Assembly: GCA_003567725.1 (NCBI GenBank)
Contig: PWYU01000122.1
Span: 44,201 to 108,200 of the forward strand
Length of the DNA: 64,000 bases
DNA from: Syntrophomonadaceae bacterium
Lineage (GTDB): Bacteria; Bacillota; Dethiobacteria; DTU022
Reading direction: 5' to 3'
Below, in pieces: positions 1 through 8,848 of this stretch (position 1 is its first letter; each line of letters starts with the position of its first letter). The translations under genes and the position numbers were made by a program. A model generated the notes under the pieces. The model saw only the letters and a list, made by a program, of their open reading frames with translations, was not told the DNA's origin and searched no databases.

Positions 1-2
1 CG

Positions 3-380
3 GTGACCAACCAGGCTCCTCCTGACAAATGCAGGCTTCTGGAGGAAAAAGGAGTGGAAGTTCTTCTTCTGCCGGAAGTGGATGGCAGGGTGGACGTAAA
101 AGCTTTGATGAAAAAACTGGCTGAACGTGAAATCAGCATTGTTCTGGTTGAAGGTGGAGGGACCCTCAACTACAGTTTACTGGAACAATCGCTGGTTGAT
201 AAACTCTTTATCTTTATTGCTCCGCTGATTATAGGCGGAGCTAAAAGCCCCACTGCTTTTGCCGGAAGCGGCATAGCTTCGTTGAGCAAAGCCTGGGCAA
301 TTGAAGATATAGAGATGAAGCAGTTTGACCGGGATCTGCTTTTAATCGGTTACCCGGCATCAAGAGTGGCGGTTTCCTAA
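3..380 (+). CDS. ribD: Riboflavin biosynthesis protein RibD, C-terminal reductase domain (5'-partial, runs off window start)
   Basis: ORF open to the window edge. The translation (…LVEGGGTLNYSLLEQSLVDKLFIFIAPLIIGG…) matches the RibD_C reductase domain. It is followed by ribE-ribBA-ribH in canonical operon order. Confidence 0.8.
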   Translation: MTNQAPPDKCRLLEEKGVEVLLLPEVDGRVDVKALMKKLAEREISIVLVEGGGTLNYSLLEQSLVDKLFIFIAPLIIGGAKSPTAFAGSGIASLSKAWAIEDIEMKQFDRDLLLIGYPASRVAVS

Positions 381-462
381 AGCAGTGCTTTAAAACCTGT
401 ATTAATGCAATAGAAACCGGTCCGGTAGTAACAAAGTGACGGTTTTGTTTAATGAAATATGT

Positions 463-534
463 AACGACTCAGTCTATATTCTTTGCTTAATGATAACCGT
501 CCCCTGTGGCTTAGCGGGCCAGGCCTGAGTAGTT
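463..534 (+). repeat. Mosaic intergenic repeat, copy 1 (degenerate module A + C + D) between ribD and ribE
   Basis: aacgactcagtctatattctttgcttaatgataaccgtcccctgtggcttagcgggccaggcctgagtagtt. Confidence 0.75.
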
Positions 535-611
535 ACTGAAATATTTAGTTAGCCCGGTGGCTATTTTATTTAGCTATACTTAAATTATACTAACTGTTTG
601 GCGGTGAATTA

Positions 612-1268
612 TTGTTTACAGGCCTGATCGAAGAAAAAGGGCATCTCAAAAAAATTAACCCCGGCTCTGAAGGAGCGGGACTGATTATCGGCGCCCGTAA
701 AGTTTTATCTGACATAAAAACAGGGGATAGCATTGCCGTTAGCGGGCCTTGCTTGACTGTGACCGCTATGGATAGAGATAGTTTTACGGCCTGGGCTATG
801 CCTGAAACCTTGAAACGTTCTAACCTGGGGTCATTACAAGTTGGACAGCCGGTAAACTTAGAGCGGGCCCTGGCTCTGGGAGATCGCCTGGGCGGTCATC
901 TGGTAAGCGGGCACGTTGATGCCGTAGTGACCCTGACCGGTCGCCGCGAGCAGGGTGGGGCCTATATTTTAAATTTCGATTTGCCCGATTTCCTGGCAAA
1001 ATATATTGTAGCCAAGGGTTCGGTAGCTCTTGATGGAGTCAGCTTGACGGTAATCGAAGTTGAAAAAAACCATTTTTCGGTGGGTTTGATTCCCATTACC
1101 GCTGCCGAGACCACTTTAGGCCAAAAAGAGACCGGTTCACCCATCAACCTCGAGGTTGACATGATCGGTAAATATGTAGAAAAAATGCTTACACCTCACC
1201 TGCATGGAGAAAGTGATAAGAAAGAAACCATTACCCTTTCTTTTTTGCAAGAGCAGGGGTATCTTTAG
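612..1268 (+). CDS. ribE: Riboflavin synthase alpha subunit
   Basis: 218 aa with an [11 protein letters not shown]-terminus and the duplicated lumazine-binding repeat. TTG start. Sits in the rib operon. Confidence 0.9.
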   Translation: MFTGLIEEKGHLKKINPGSEGAGLIIGARKVLSDIKTGDSIAVSGPCLTVTAMDRDSFTAWAMPETLKRSNLGSLQVGQPVNLERALALGDRLGGHLVSGHVDAVVTLTGRREQGGAYILNFDLPDFLAKYIVAKGSVALDGVSLTVIEVEKNHFSVGLIPITAAETTLGQKETGSPINLEVDMIGKYVEKMLTPHLHGESDKKETITLSFLQEQGYL

Positions 1269-1290
1269 ATAGAGACAGGAGTGATGCACA

Positions 1291-2499
1291 TTGAACTTTA
1301 ACACCATTGAAGAAGCGATAAAAGATTTACAGGCTGGGCGGATGATCGTGGTCGTTGATGACGAAGACCGGGAAAATGAAGGCGATGTAATAATGGCTGC
1401 TTCGAAAGTGACTCCGGAAGCGATAAACTTCATGATCCGTTATGCCCGGGGACTGGTTTGCGCGCCTCTGACTGCCGAGCGGGTTGAAGAACTCGATCTT
1501 CCTCAAATGGTAAGCAGAAATACCGATCCACACTGTACGGCCTTTACCGTATCGGTGGATGCCGGTTCTTGCACCACCGGAATTTCGGCTTTTGAGCGGG
1601 CTGAGACCATCAAGGCCCTGATTGATCCAAAGACGGAACCGGCTGATCTGAAGCGGCCTGGTCACGTGTTCCCCCTGGAAGCGAAGGATGGAGGAGTTCT
1701 GCGCCGGGCTGGCCACACCGAAGCGGCTGTGGATTTATCGGTTCTGGCTGAACTGGGCCCGGCAGGGGTAATTTGTGAGATTATCAACGAAGACGGCAGT
1801 ATGGCCCGTCTGCCCCAGTTAACCGAGTTTTGCCGGGAGCATGAGCTGAAGATAATCAGCATTGCCGATTTGATCAACTACCGTATTAAGATCGAAAAAT
1901 TGGTCTGGCGTGCGGCTACGGCTGAACTGCCTACAGCGTATGGTAATTTCAAATTGATTACTTATGAGAATAGTATTGACCACCTTGCGCATGTAGCCCT
2001 GGTGATGGGTGATATCGATCCCGAGGAGCCTACTTTGGTCAGGGTTCACTCTGAATGCCTGACCGGAGATGTTTTTTCATCTTTGCGTTGTGACTGCGGT
2101 AATCAGATGGGACAGGCTATGAAAACAATTGCCGAAAAAGGCAAGGGGATTATAGTCTACATGCGCCAGGAGGGCCGCGGGATCGGCCTGATCAACAAGA
2201 TCCGGGCTTATGAACTGCAGGACAGGGGTAAGGATACCGTGGAGGCCAATGAAGAACTGGGTTTTGGCGCTGACCTGCGGGATTACGGAGTGGGAGCGCA
2301 GATCCTGGTCGATCTGGGGTTAAAAAACATCCTGCTTTTAACCAATAATCCTCGTAAAATCAAAGGCCTTGAAGGGTATGGGCTCAATATTGTCGAAAGA
2401 ATACCCCTGGAAATCGAACCCTGCCAGTATAACTGTAGTTACCTGAATACCAAGAAAACCAAGCTGGGCCACTTATTAAATATGTCTGCAGAGCAGTAG
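1291..2499 (+). CDS. ribBA: Bifunctional 3,4-dihydroxy-2-butanone-4-phosphate synthase / GTP cyclohydrolase II
   Basis: 402 aa. The N-terminal DHBP synthase region has the RENEGD motif and the C-terminal GTP cyclohydrolase II region has CxC…C. TTG start. Confidence 0.93.
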   Translation: MNFNTIEEAIKDLQAGRMIVVVDDEDRENEGDVIMAASKVTPEAINFMIRYARGLVCAPLTAERVEELDLPQMVSRNTDPHCTAFTVSVDAGSCTTGISAFERAETIKALIDPKTEPADLKRPGHVFPLEAKDGGVLRRAGHTEAAVDLSVLAELGPAGVICEIINEDGSMARLPQLTEFCREHELKIISIADLINYRIKIEKLVWRAATAELPTAYGNFKLITYENSIDHLAHVALVMGDIDPEEPTLVRVHSECLTGDVFSSLRCDCGNQMGQAMKTIAEKGKGIIVYMRQEGRGIGLINKIRAYELQDRGKDTVEANEELGFGADLRDYGVGAQILVDLGLKNILLLTNNPRKIKGLEGYGLNIVERIPLEIEPCQYNCSYLNTKKTKLGHLLNMSAEQ

Positions 2500-2524
2500 T
2501 TATTATTTTTTAGGAGGGAAAAAT

Positions 2525-2992
2525 TTGAAAACATACGAAGGCAAGCTGATTGCCCGTGATTACAAATTTGCTATTATCGTCAGCCGTTTCAATGAATTCA
2601 TTTCCGGCCGCCTCTTAGAGGGCGCTTTGGATTGCCTTAAACGGCATGAAGCAAATGAAGATGGGATTGAGATTATCTGGGTTCCCGGTTCTTTTGAGAT
2701 CCCGTTGGCTGCTTTGAAGGCAGCCAAAAGCGAGCGCTACGATGCCGTAATCTGCCTTGGCGCGGTCATCCGCGGATCAACTCCTCATTTTGACTACGTT
2801 GCTTCAGAAGTGACCAAAGGGGTAGCAAGTGTAGGCCTGGACACAGACACTCCAGTAATATTTGGAGTAATCACTACCGATAATCTGGAACAGGCTATTG
2901 AAAGAGCCGGCAGCAAGGCTGGCAATAAAGGCTGGCAGGCCGCCGCCTCGGCAATAGAAATGGCCGATTTAAGTACACAGCTTAACTTTTAA
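2525..2992 (+). CDS. ribH: 6,7-dimethyl-8-ribityllumazine synthase
   Basis: 155 aa. The typical RibH N-terminus (…[13 protein letters not shown]…) is present and this is the last gene of the rib operon. Confidence 0.93.
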   Translation: MKTYEGKLIARDYKFAIIVSRFNEFISGRLLEGALDCLKRHEANEDGIEIIWVPGSFEIPLAALKAAKSERYDAVICLGAVIRGSTPHFDYVASEVTKGVASVGLDTDTPVIFGVITTDNLEQAIERAGSKAGNKGWQAAASAIEMADLSTQLNF

Positions 2993-3004
2993 GGAGCCGG
3001 TTCA

Positions 3005-5683
3005 TTGGTTGCTTTATCAAAAGAAAACTTTGTTATAATTGACGGAAACAGCCTGCTTTACAGGGCATTCTATGCCCTGCCGCTACTGCAAAACCGCCGC
3101 GGTGAACATACCAACGCGGTTTATGGTTTTACCAATATGCTGTTTAAGCTCATTGATGAAGAAAAACCTGATTATCTAACTGTAGCTTTCGATCCCCCCA
3201 AACCTACCTTTCGGTCCCGCATTGATGAATCATATAAAGCGCAGCGGGAAAAAGCCCCGCCGGAGCTGGGAGAACAGATCCTGCGGGCCCATCAGATCTT
3301 ACAAGCAATGGGTATCCCTGTTTATGAAATTGAAGATTTTGAAGCAGATGATGTAATCGGGACACTGGCTGACCGTGTTGCCGAAAAAGGTCATCAGGTT
3401 ACCGTTGTTTCCGGTGATGCCGACCTTCTGCAGGTGATTGGTGCAGGAGTAACGGTGTTGCTTACCAAAAAAGGGATTACCAAAATGGAACGTTACGATC
3501 AAAAGCGCCTTAAGGAAGATTACGGCCTGGAACCCTGGCAGGTTATCGACTATAAAGCGCTTAAAGGTGATTCTTCGGATAATATCCCCGGAGTGCCGGG
3601 GATTGGCGAAAAAACCGCCCGCCGTTTAATCGAAGACTACGAAAACCTGGAGAATATCTATCATAATATTGATAATTTGAAAAAGAAAACCGGAGCCAAT
3701 CTTTTGGAATACCGCGATCAACTTTATACCGGCCGGGAGCTGGTTACCCTGCGCCGCGATGTGCCGCTTGAAATAGACTGGCAGCAATGCCGTTACGGTG
3801 ATTTTGATTATGACAGCCTGCTGGCTCATTTTAATGAACTTGAGTTTAAAAATTTGGCCAACAAGTTAAGATCTTCTGCTTCTGATCAGAACATCGTCAC
3901 AACGAAAATAGACTCCAGTTACAGGGCAGAGCAGGTTGAAAGCCCGGAACAGCTAAAGGCAATCCTGGATAGCTTAAAAGCCGGCGCTGACCTGGCCTTG
4001 CTTTTTGAAAGAGAGGTTGGCAGGCCCGCCTGGCAGCAGCCTATCCGGCTGCTGGCCCTGGCTTTAAATGAAAGCAAAAGCTATTATCTTGAACCCGGGT
4101 CTTTCAAAGATCGGGAATCTGAAATCTGGGAAAGCCTGGCTGCCTGTGAAGAGAAAGATTTAAATATCCTGGTCCATAATCTCAAGCAGTATTACCATCT
4201 TTTTGCCGAAAAAGGTTTTAGCTTTCCAGAATGCGCCTTCGATACTGAGCTGGCCGCTTACTTAACTGATCCGGCCCGGGGAGGGTACGACCTGCCTGCA
4301 CTACTCCAGTTCTACCTGGGCCTTGAAATTGAAGCAGGAGGCGCTAAAAAAGAAGCCTTCCAGCTTGAGCGGCGCGGTCCCGAGCTGGCAGCCCGGGCTG
4401 GTTTACTCTTTAATTTGCGCGATCTTCTGCAGCAAGAGTTATCAGAGCAGGGTTTAGTAGATCTTCTTTACGATCTGGAAATGCCCCTGGCTGCAGTGCT
4501 GAGCCGCATGGAACGCCGGGGCATGACTGTTGATCTGGACTACCTGCGGGATCTCTCTGCTGAAATAGGCAGGCGTCTTGTCGAACTGGAAGAAAAAATA
4601 CACAGCCTGGCCGGTGAAGAGTTTAACCTTAATTCGCCACAACAGCTTTCATCGATATTATTTGATAAGCTTCAACTGCCTGCAATTCGCAAAACTAAAA
4701 CCGGCCGTTCTACAGATGCCAGGGTTCTTGAAGAACTGGCCTATCAGCATGAAATAGCGGCCTTGCTGCTGCATTATCGTCAATTGAGCAAACTGCAGGG
4801 TACTTATCTCTCCGGTTTGATCGACCTGGTCGATGAAGATGAAAAGAAGTTATATACTAACTTTAACCAGACCGTCACTGCTACCGGGCGCCTGAGCAGC
4901 AGCGATCCAAACCTGCAGAATATTCCCGTTCGCCTTGAAGAAGGCAGGCGGATTAGAAAGGCTTTTATCGCTTCGGGCCATCAAAAAACCCTCTTTGCTG
5001 CCGACTATTCACAGGTGGAGCTGCGGATCCTGGCCCACCTCTCCCAGGATCCAATTTTGATTGAAGCTTTTAAAACCGGGCAGGATATTCATCTGCGTAC
5101 TGCTTCTGAAGTAAACAATACCCCCCTGGAAGAAGTCACTCCTGTCATGCGAGAAAAAGCCAAGGCGGTCAATTTTGGAATAATTTACGGTTCAAGTGAC
5201 TACGGCCTGGCTCAAAACTTGAAAATCTCCCGCGCTGAAGCTAAATCCTATATGGACAGTTACTTTGAACGTTACAGCGGAGTAAAAAAATACATGGAAG
5301 AAATTATCGAACAGGCCCGAGAACTCGGTTATGTAACCACTATTTATAACCGCCGGCGTTACCTGCCCGAGATTCGCTCATCTAATTTTAATCAGCGCAG
5401 TTTTGCAGAGCGTATGGCTTTAAATACACCCATTCAGGGATCTGCAGCTGATATTATTAAAGTGGCCATGCTAAAAATTGACAGAATTATTAGCGAAGGC
5501 GGTTTTAAAGCCGCTATGCTGCTTCAAATTCACGATGAGCTGTTGTTTGAAATTGAAGAAGATGAATTGAACTTTTTTGCGCCCATGGTCCAGCGTGAAA
5601 TGGAGCAGGCTTATAACCTGTCGGTTCCCCTGAAAGTAGATTTAAAATGGGGCGCCAGCTGGGAAGAATTAAAACAGTATTAA
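3005..5683 (+). CDS. polA: DNA polymerase I
   Basis: 892 aa. The 5'-3' exonuclease N-terminus is present. Polymerase motif A (DYSQVELRILAHLS) and motif C (QIHDELLFE) are present. SD AAGGAG lies 8 nt upstream of the TTG start. Confidence 0.95.
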   Translation: MVALSKENFVIIDGNSLLYRAFYALPLLQNRRGEHTNAVYGFTNMLFKLIDEEKPDYLTVAFDPPKPTFRSRIDESYKAQREKAPPELGEQILRAHQILQAMGIPVYEIEDFEADDVIGTLADRVAEKGHQVTVVSGDADLLQVIGAGVTVLLTKKGITKMERYDQKRLKEDYGLEPWQVIDYKALKGDSSDNIPGVPGIGEKTARRLIEDYENLENIYHNIDNLKKKTGANLLEYRDQLYTGRELVTLRRDVPLEIDWQQCRYGDFDYDSLLAHFNELEFKNLANKLRSSASDQNIVTTKIDSSYRAEQVESPEQLKAILDSLKAGADLALLFEREVGRPAWQQPIRLLALALNESKSYYLEPGSFKDRESEIWESLAACEEKDLNILVHNLKQYYHLFAEKGFSFPECAFDTELAAYLTDPARGGYDLPALLQFYLGLEIEAGGAKKEAFQLERRGPELAARAGLLFNLRDLLQQELSEQGLVDLLYDLEMPLAAVLSRMERRGMTVDLDYLRDLSAEIGRRLVELEEKIHSLAGEEFNLNSPQQLSSILFDKLQLPAIRKTKTGRSTDARVLEELAYQHEIAALLLHYRQLSKLQGTYLSGLIDLVDEDEKKLYTNFNQTVTATGRLSSSDPNLQNIPVRLEEGRRIRKAFIASGHQKTLFAADYSQVELRILAHLSQDPILIEAFKTGQDIHLRTASEVNNTPLEEVTPVMREKAKAVNFGIIYGSSDYGLAQNLKISRAEAKSYMDSYFERYSGVKKYMEEIIEQARELGYVTTIYNRRRYLPEIRSSNFNQRSFAERMALNTPIQGSAADIIKVAMLKIDRIISEGGFKAAMLLQIHDELLFEIEEDELNFFAPMVQREMEQAYNLSVPLKVDLKWGASWEELKQY

Positions 5684-5697
5684 TATCAAATAGGACA

Positions 5698-5810
5698 GTG
5701 AAAAGTAAGCAGTCCGGCTGAGCCCGCGGGGAGGCTCAATTGTCACCGCAGCAAACTAAGGACCGGCAGGGAAGACAATGGAACCGCCCTTCTGACGTGG
5801 TGATTTTTAA
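5698..5810 (+). repeat. ~113-nt structured intergenic element, homologous to the element at 45788-45906 and related to the mosaic repeat family; ends in a U-run
   Basis: Shared blocks are gaaaagtaagc(a/c)g at the 5' end and g(g/a)gaagac(a/g)at(g/t)gaacc(g/t)cc…tttttaa(g/t)aag at the 3' end. It lies between polA and mutM. Confidence 0.5.
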
Positions 5811-5846
5811 GTAAACTATCCTCATTATGAACCAGGAGAAAGAGCT

Positions 5847-6668
5847 ATGCCGGAATTGCCTGAAGTTGAAGTAATCCGCCGGGAATTGGAACCGCTGCTT
5901 AAGGGTAAAGTGTTTGCTGAACCAATGCTTCAGATGCCCTCCACCATCGAATATCCCAGCCCTGAATTATTTGCCGCCTCCCTGCCGGGACGTGAAATAA
6001 ATAATTTAAACCGTAGGGGTAAATACCTGATCATTAACCTTGATCGGGGAATACTGACGGTTCATTTACGTATGACCGGCAATTTGTTGTATGTTGATGA
6101 TGATACGGTCTCAGAAGAACGTTTTTTGCGGTTATCACTACCTTTTACCGATGGTTCGGCCCTGCATTATTTTGATATGCGCCGCTTTGGGCGGCTGTGG
6201 CTGACTGAAACACAGGCAGAATTAAAAGAAGTGGTTTTAAAACGCATCGGCCCTGATATCTTAAATGATCTATGCCGCGATGATTTCCTGGAGCTGCTTG
6301 GCAAGAGGGAGCGCAGCCGTATCAAAGCTTTACTCTTAGACCAGGGCTTTGCTGCTGGTATGGGCAATATCTATACTGACGAATGCCTCTACCGCAGCGG
6401 TATTGATCCCAAACGCCGGGTGCAGGATTTAAAAAAAGAAGAAGCAGAAAAACTATATCAATCAATTCTTGAAGTCCTCGCTGAAGGGATTAAATACGGA
6501 GGAACTACCTTTCGCGATTATCGCAATGCACGGGGGGCCCTGGGGGATTTTCAGAGCCGGCTCGCCGTATACGGCCGTAAAGATGCGCTCTGCCGCTGCG
6601 GGGCTTCCATAACAAAAGCAAAAGTAGCCGGAAGAGGGACTTACTATTGCCCCCGCTGCCAGAAATAA
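5847..6668 (+). CDS. mutM: Formamidopyrimidine-DNA glycosylase
   Basis: 273 aa. Begins MPELPEVE with the catalytic Pro2 and Glu3, and has a C-terminal C4 zinc finger (CxxC…CxxC). SD AGGAGA. Confidence 0.93.
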   Translation: MPELPEVEVIRRELEPLLKGKVFAEPMLQMPSTIEYPSPELFAASLPGREINNLNRRGKYLIINLDRGILTVHLRMTGNLLYVDDDTVSEERFLRLSLPFTDGSALHYFDMRRFGRLWLTETQAELKEVVLKRIGPDILNDLCRDDFLELLGKRERSRIKALLLDQGFAAGMGNIYTDECLYRSGIDPKRRVQDLKKEEAEKLYQSILEVLAEGIKYGGTTFRDYRNARGALGDFQSRLAVYGRKDALCRCGASITKAKVAGRGTYYCPRCQK

Positions 6669-6706
6669 AGTGTCCCAATCAACTGGAGCAAAGGATCTGA
6701 TCAAGA

Positions 6707-7297
6707 ATGTTTATCATCGGCCTAACCGGAGGTATCGCTTCGGGTAAAAGCACGGTGGCTGCAATGCTTGTGGAAAAAGGAGCTTATCTTTTGGATGCTG
6801 ATCAGCTTGCCCGGGAAGCAGTTGAACCGGATCGTCCGGCTTGGCGGAATATTGTGCACTGGTTGGGTGAATCGATTCTCTTACCCGATGGTCATCTTGA
6901 CCGGGCCAGGTTGGCGGAAATTGTTTTTAATGATCGGCATAAACTAAAAAAGCTAAACCAGATTGTCCACCCCTGGGTCGGTAATCGCTTTATGGAACTA
7001 TCTGAAGAGATCAAGACAAAGGATCCTGATGCGGTTGTAGTTTACGACATTCCTCTGCTCATCGAAGCGGGCATGCAGGAAATGGTTGATTTGATCCTGC
7101 TTGTCTATGTTCCCCGTGAGGTTCAAATAGCGCGATTGCAAAAGCGTGACGGAATCAGTTGCAGCGCTGCAGAAGCCAGGCTTAAGGCCCAAAAACCCTT
7201 AGCAGAGAAAAAAAAGCAGGCCGACGTTATTATCGATAACAGCGGTTCTGAAGCTGAAACCGCCCGCCAGGTTGATCAATTCTGGTCCAAACTATAA
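6707..7297 (+). CDS. coaE: Dephospho-CoA kinase
   Basis: 196 aa with the P-loop GLTGGIASGKST. Sits in the conserved polA-mutM-coaE neighbourhood. Confidence 0.9.
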   Translation: MFIIGLTGGIASGKSTVAAMLVEKGAYLLDADQLAREAVEPDRPAWRNIVHWLGESILLPDGHLDRARLAEIVFNDRHKLKKLNQIVHPWVGNRFMELSEEIKTKDPDAVVVYDIPLLIEAGMQEMVDLILLVYVPREVQIARLQKRDGISCSAAEARLKAQKPLAEKKKQADVIIDNSGSEAETARQVDQFWSKL

Positions 7298-7308
7298 CCT
7301 GGGACACG

Positions 7309-7397
7309 GGGACAGGTCCCTTGTCCCAGATTATGTCCACCCGTTGCACGTTGGGACACGGGGACAGGTCCCTTGTCCCAGATTATGTGAACTCGAT
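7309..7397. repeat. Tandem duplicated 37-bp GC-rich nested palindrome (tgggacacggggacaggtcccttgtcccagattatgt, 2 copies, 52-bp period)
   Basis: Identical copies occupy 7309-7345 and 7361-7397. The outer stem is tgggaca/tgtccca and the inner stem is gggac/gtccc. They lie between the convergent coaE and ybaK-like genes. No U-tract follows, so it is not a canonical terminator. Confidence 0.8.
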
Positions 7398-7489
7398 ATG
7401 TGAAATACTGCAAAAATACTTTAAAATGGGGATGTTGGGATATTCTTCATTTTCGATAAAGTTGTTTTACAGTTATTTTGGTTGTTTGG

Positions 7490-7975
7490 TTACTTTTTCT
7501 CAAGATCCACAAACTTACCCCCGGTTACTTTCGGGAGCTGTTGAGGCGAGATGGGAAGCAAGGAATGGGGAGTGCCGGCTGAAGTATAAACTGTCTCAAA
7601 ACGCATCATGGATTGATCAAGAAAGATTGGGATGTTGTCATTGATGTCAAAAGGACAGACCCCACCAACTGGATAGCCGGTAAGCTCTTTAACTTCTTCT
7701 GGTTTGGCAATTTTAGTTTTTCCACCACCAAGCAATGTTTTAACTTTTTTGTCACTAATTTTAATATCGCCTGCAGCCACAAAAAGCCCGTATCTATTTC
7801 CACAGCGGAAAAGAATTGACTTGGCAATCTGTCCTAACTCTACGTTTAAGGTTTCAGCAGCTTCTGCTGAGGTTTTGGTTGTTTTTTCATGTTCTACTGG
7901 ATCCAAGCTTAAATCAAATTGATCCAGGTATTGTTTGGCTCTTTCCAGATTTTGATTGTTGCTCACTCTTATCAC
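7490..7975 (-). CDS. YbaK/ProX-type aminoacyl-tRNA deacylase domain protein (Cys-tRNA(Pro) deacylase-like)
   Basis: 161 aa. The translation (…LGQIAKSILFRCGNRYGLFVAAGDIKISDKKVKTLLGGGKTKIAKPEEVKELTGYPVGGVCPF…) fits the YbaK/EbsC fold. GTG start. The gene is flanked on both sides by GACAGG…CCTGTC palindromes. Confidence 0.72.
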   Translation of the reverse strand: MIRVSNNQNLERAKQYLDQFDLSLDPVEHEKTTKTSAEAAETLNVELGQIAKSILFRCGNRYGLFVAAGDIKISDKKVKTLLGGGKTKIAKPEEVKELTGYPVGGVCPFDINDNIPIFLDQSMMRFETVYTSAGTPHSLLPISPQQLPKVTGGKFVDLEKK

Positions 7976-8024
7976 TCCATCATTGTTTTGCTTATAAGCA
8001 GAACAAGCTGCTATTTCTGTTATT

Positions 8025-8043
8025 GGGACAGGGGACCTGTCCC
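8025..8043. repeat. GC-rich palindrome gggacagg-gga-cctgtccc (third copy of the GACAGG/CCTGTC element)
   Basis: Perfect 8-bp stem immediately upstream of the ybaK-like gene. It is the same motif family as 7309-7397. Confidence 0.7.
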
Positions 8044-8227
8044 TGTGTTCCGGTTTACCTTATTCTTTTTCGCTTTATTTTCTTTAAAACCTTTTTTAAT
8101 TGGCTTTTTACTGATCCTCTAAGCCTTTTAAAGAGCGGTAATAAATGATAGATTAATTTGGTTACATTATCTTGACGTCCAAACTATAAACCCTTATAAT
8201 CTTAAAGGAACAAAGAAGTAATAATTA

Positions 8228-8312
8228 GTCGGGATGGCGGAATTGGCAGACGCGCACGGTTGAGGGCCGTGTGGTTAACACCATGGGGGTTCAAGTCCCC
8301 CTCCCGACACCA
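8228..8312 (+). tRNA. tRNA-Leu (anticodon GAG), with encoded CCA
   Basis: The gtcggga/tcccgac acceptor stem is present. The anticodon stem cacgg/ccgtg carries the loop ttGAGgg. There is a long variable arm (class II) and a T-arm ggttcaagtcc. The sequence ends in CCA. Confidence 0.85.
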
Positions 8313-8323
8313 CTTAAAATGCA

Positions 8324-8352
8324 ACGTGGAGTCTAATCTTCACGTTTTTTTA
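8324..8352 (+). terminator. Rho-independent terminator after tRNA-Leu
   Basis: Hairpin acgtgga-gtctaatc-ttcacgt followed by TTTTTTT. Confidence 0.7.
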
Positions 8353-8392
8353 TTGATCCTCTTGATTTTTCTTGGTTAAAAAGAACAAAAAA

Positions 8393-8420
8393 TTGACTTG
8401 CAGGGGCCTGTGTGTATAAT
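8393..8420 (+). promoter_or_regulatory. Sigma-A-type promoter (TTGACT -35, 16-nt spacer, extended -10 TGTGTATAAT)
   Basis: Near-consensus hexamers with TGn extended -10. It lies in an AT-rich ORF-free region upstream of a mini-ORF and terminator unit. Confidence 0.6.
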
Positions 8421-8503
8421 AAAAATCATGGAGCTTTACTTTAATCATCTACTGTATATTTGAAAAGCCTTTTGATAGAAGGTGGAGAAAGTAAAAAGGA
8501 GTT

Positions 8504-8536
8504 ATGTTTTTCTTTTTCAAACTTTATTTTATTTAA
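8504..8536 (+). CDS. Candidate leader mini-ORF MFFFFKLYFI (10 aa)
   Basis: SD AAAAAGGAG lies 4 nt upstream of ATG. Five of the ten codons encode Phe. It sits between the promoter at 8393 and the terminator at 8633. Confidence 0.35.
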   Translation: MFFFFKLYFI

Positions 8537-8632
8537 CAGTATTGATTATTCCAAAATGCTGGCTCAGAAAATATTCTCTTTTATTTGCTCTTACAATTAA
8601 TCAAAAGCATTTAGTTTTAATTGGATAGAGAG

Positions 8633-8676
8633 CTTCATTTTGTACGGTTGTACATAATGAAGTTTCTTTTTTATTA
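8633..8676 (+). terminator. Rho-independent terminator / attenuator candidate
   Basis: Hairpin cttcattttgtac-ggtt-gtacataatgaag followed by tttcttttttatt. Confidence 0.6.
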
Positions 8677-8848
8677 AACTGCTTTACCCGGCAATAAGAG
8701 TAATATCAGAATAAGAAAAGGTAGCTTAAGTTAAACCTACCGGTCTTTTTTGTTAACCAATGCAGCGGAGGTGAGAGTTTCATATAACATCAGGGTAGTA
8801 TAAATAATTTTTTTTATGCATTTATATTAAAAAAATGGAGGTAAAAAT

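Noticed and set aside
381-611. Expected an FMN (RFN) riboswitch in the ribD-ribE spacer.
   Set aside because: No RFN-like conserved core is recognisable. The spacer is largely occupied by a mosaic repeat copy. The riboswitch, if present, should lie upstream of ribD, outside the window.
7321-8148. Track ORFs 7321-7644 (+), 7613-7819 (+), 7704-7922 (+), 7816-8148 (+), 7919-8122 (+), 7606-7827 (-).
   Set aside because: They overlap the palindromic repeats or run antisense to the well-supported ybaK-like CDS. They lack an RBS and have low-complexity, skewed composition, so they are spurious.
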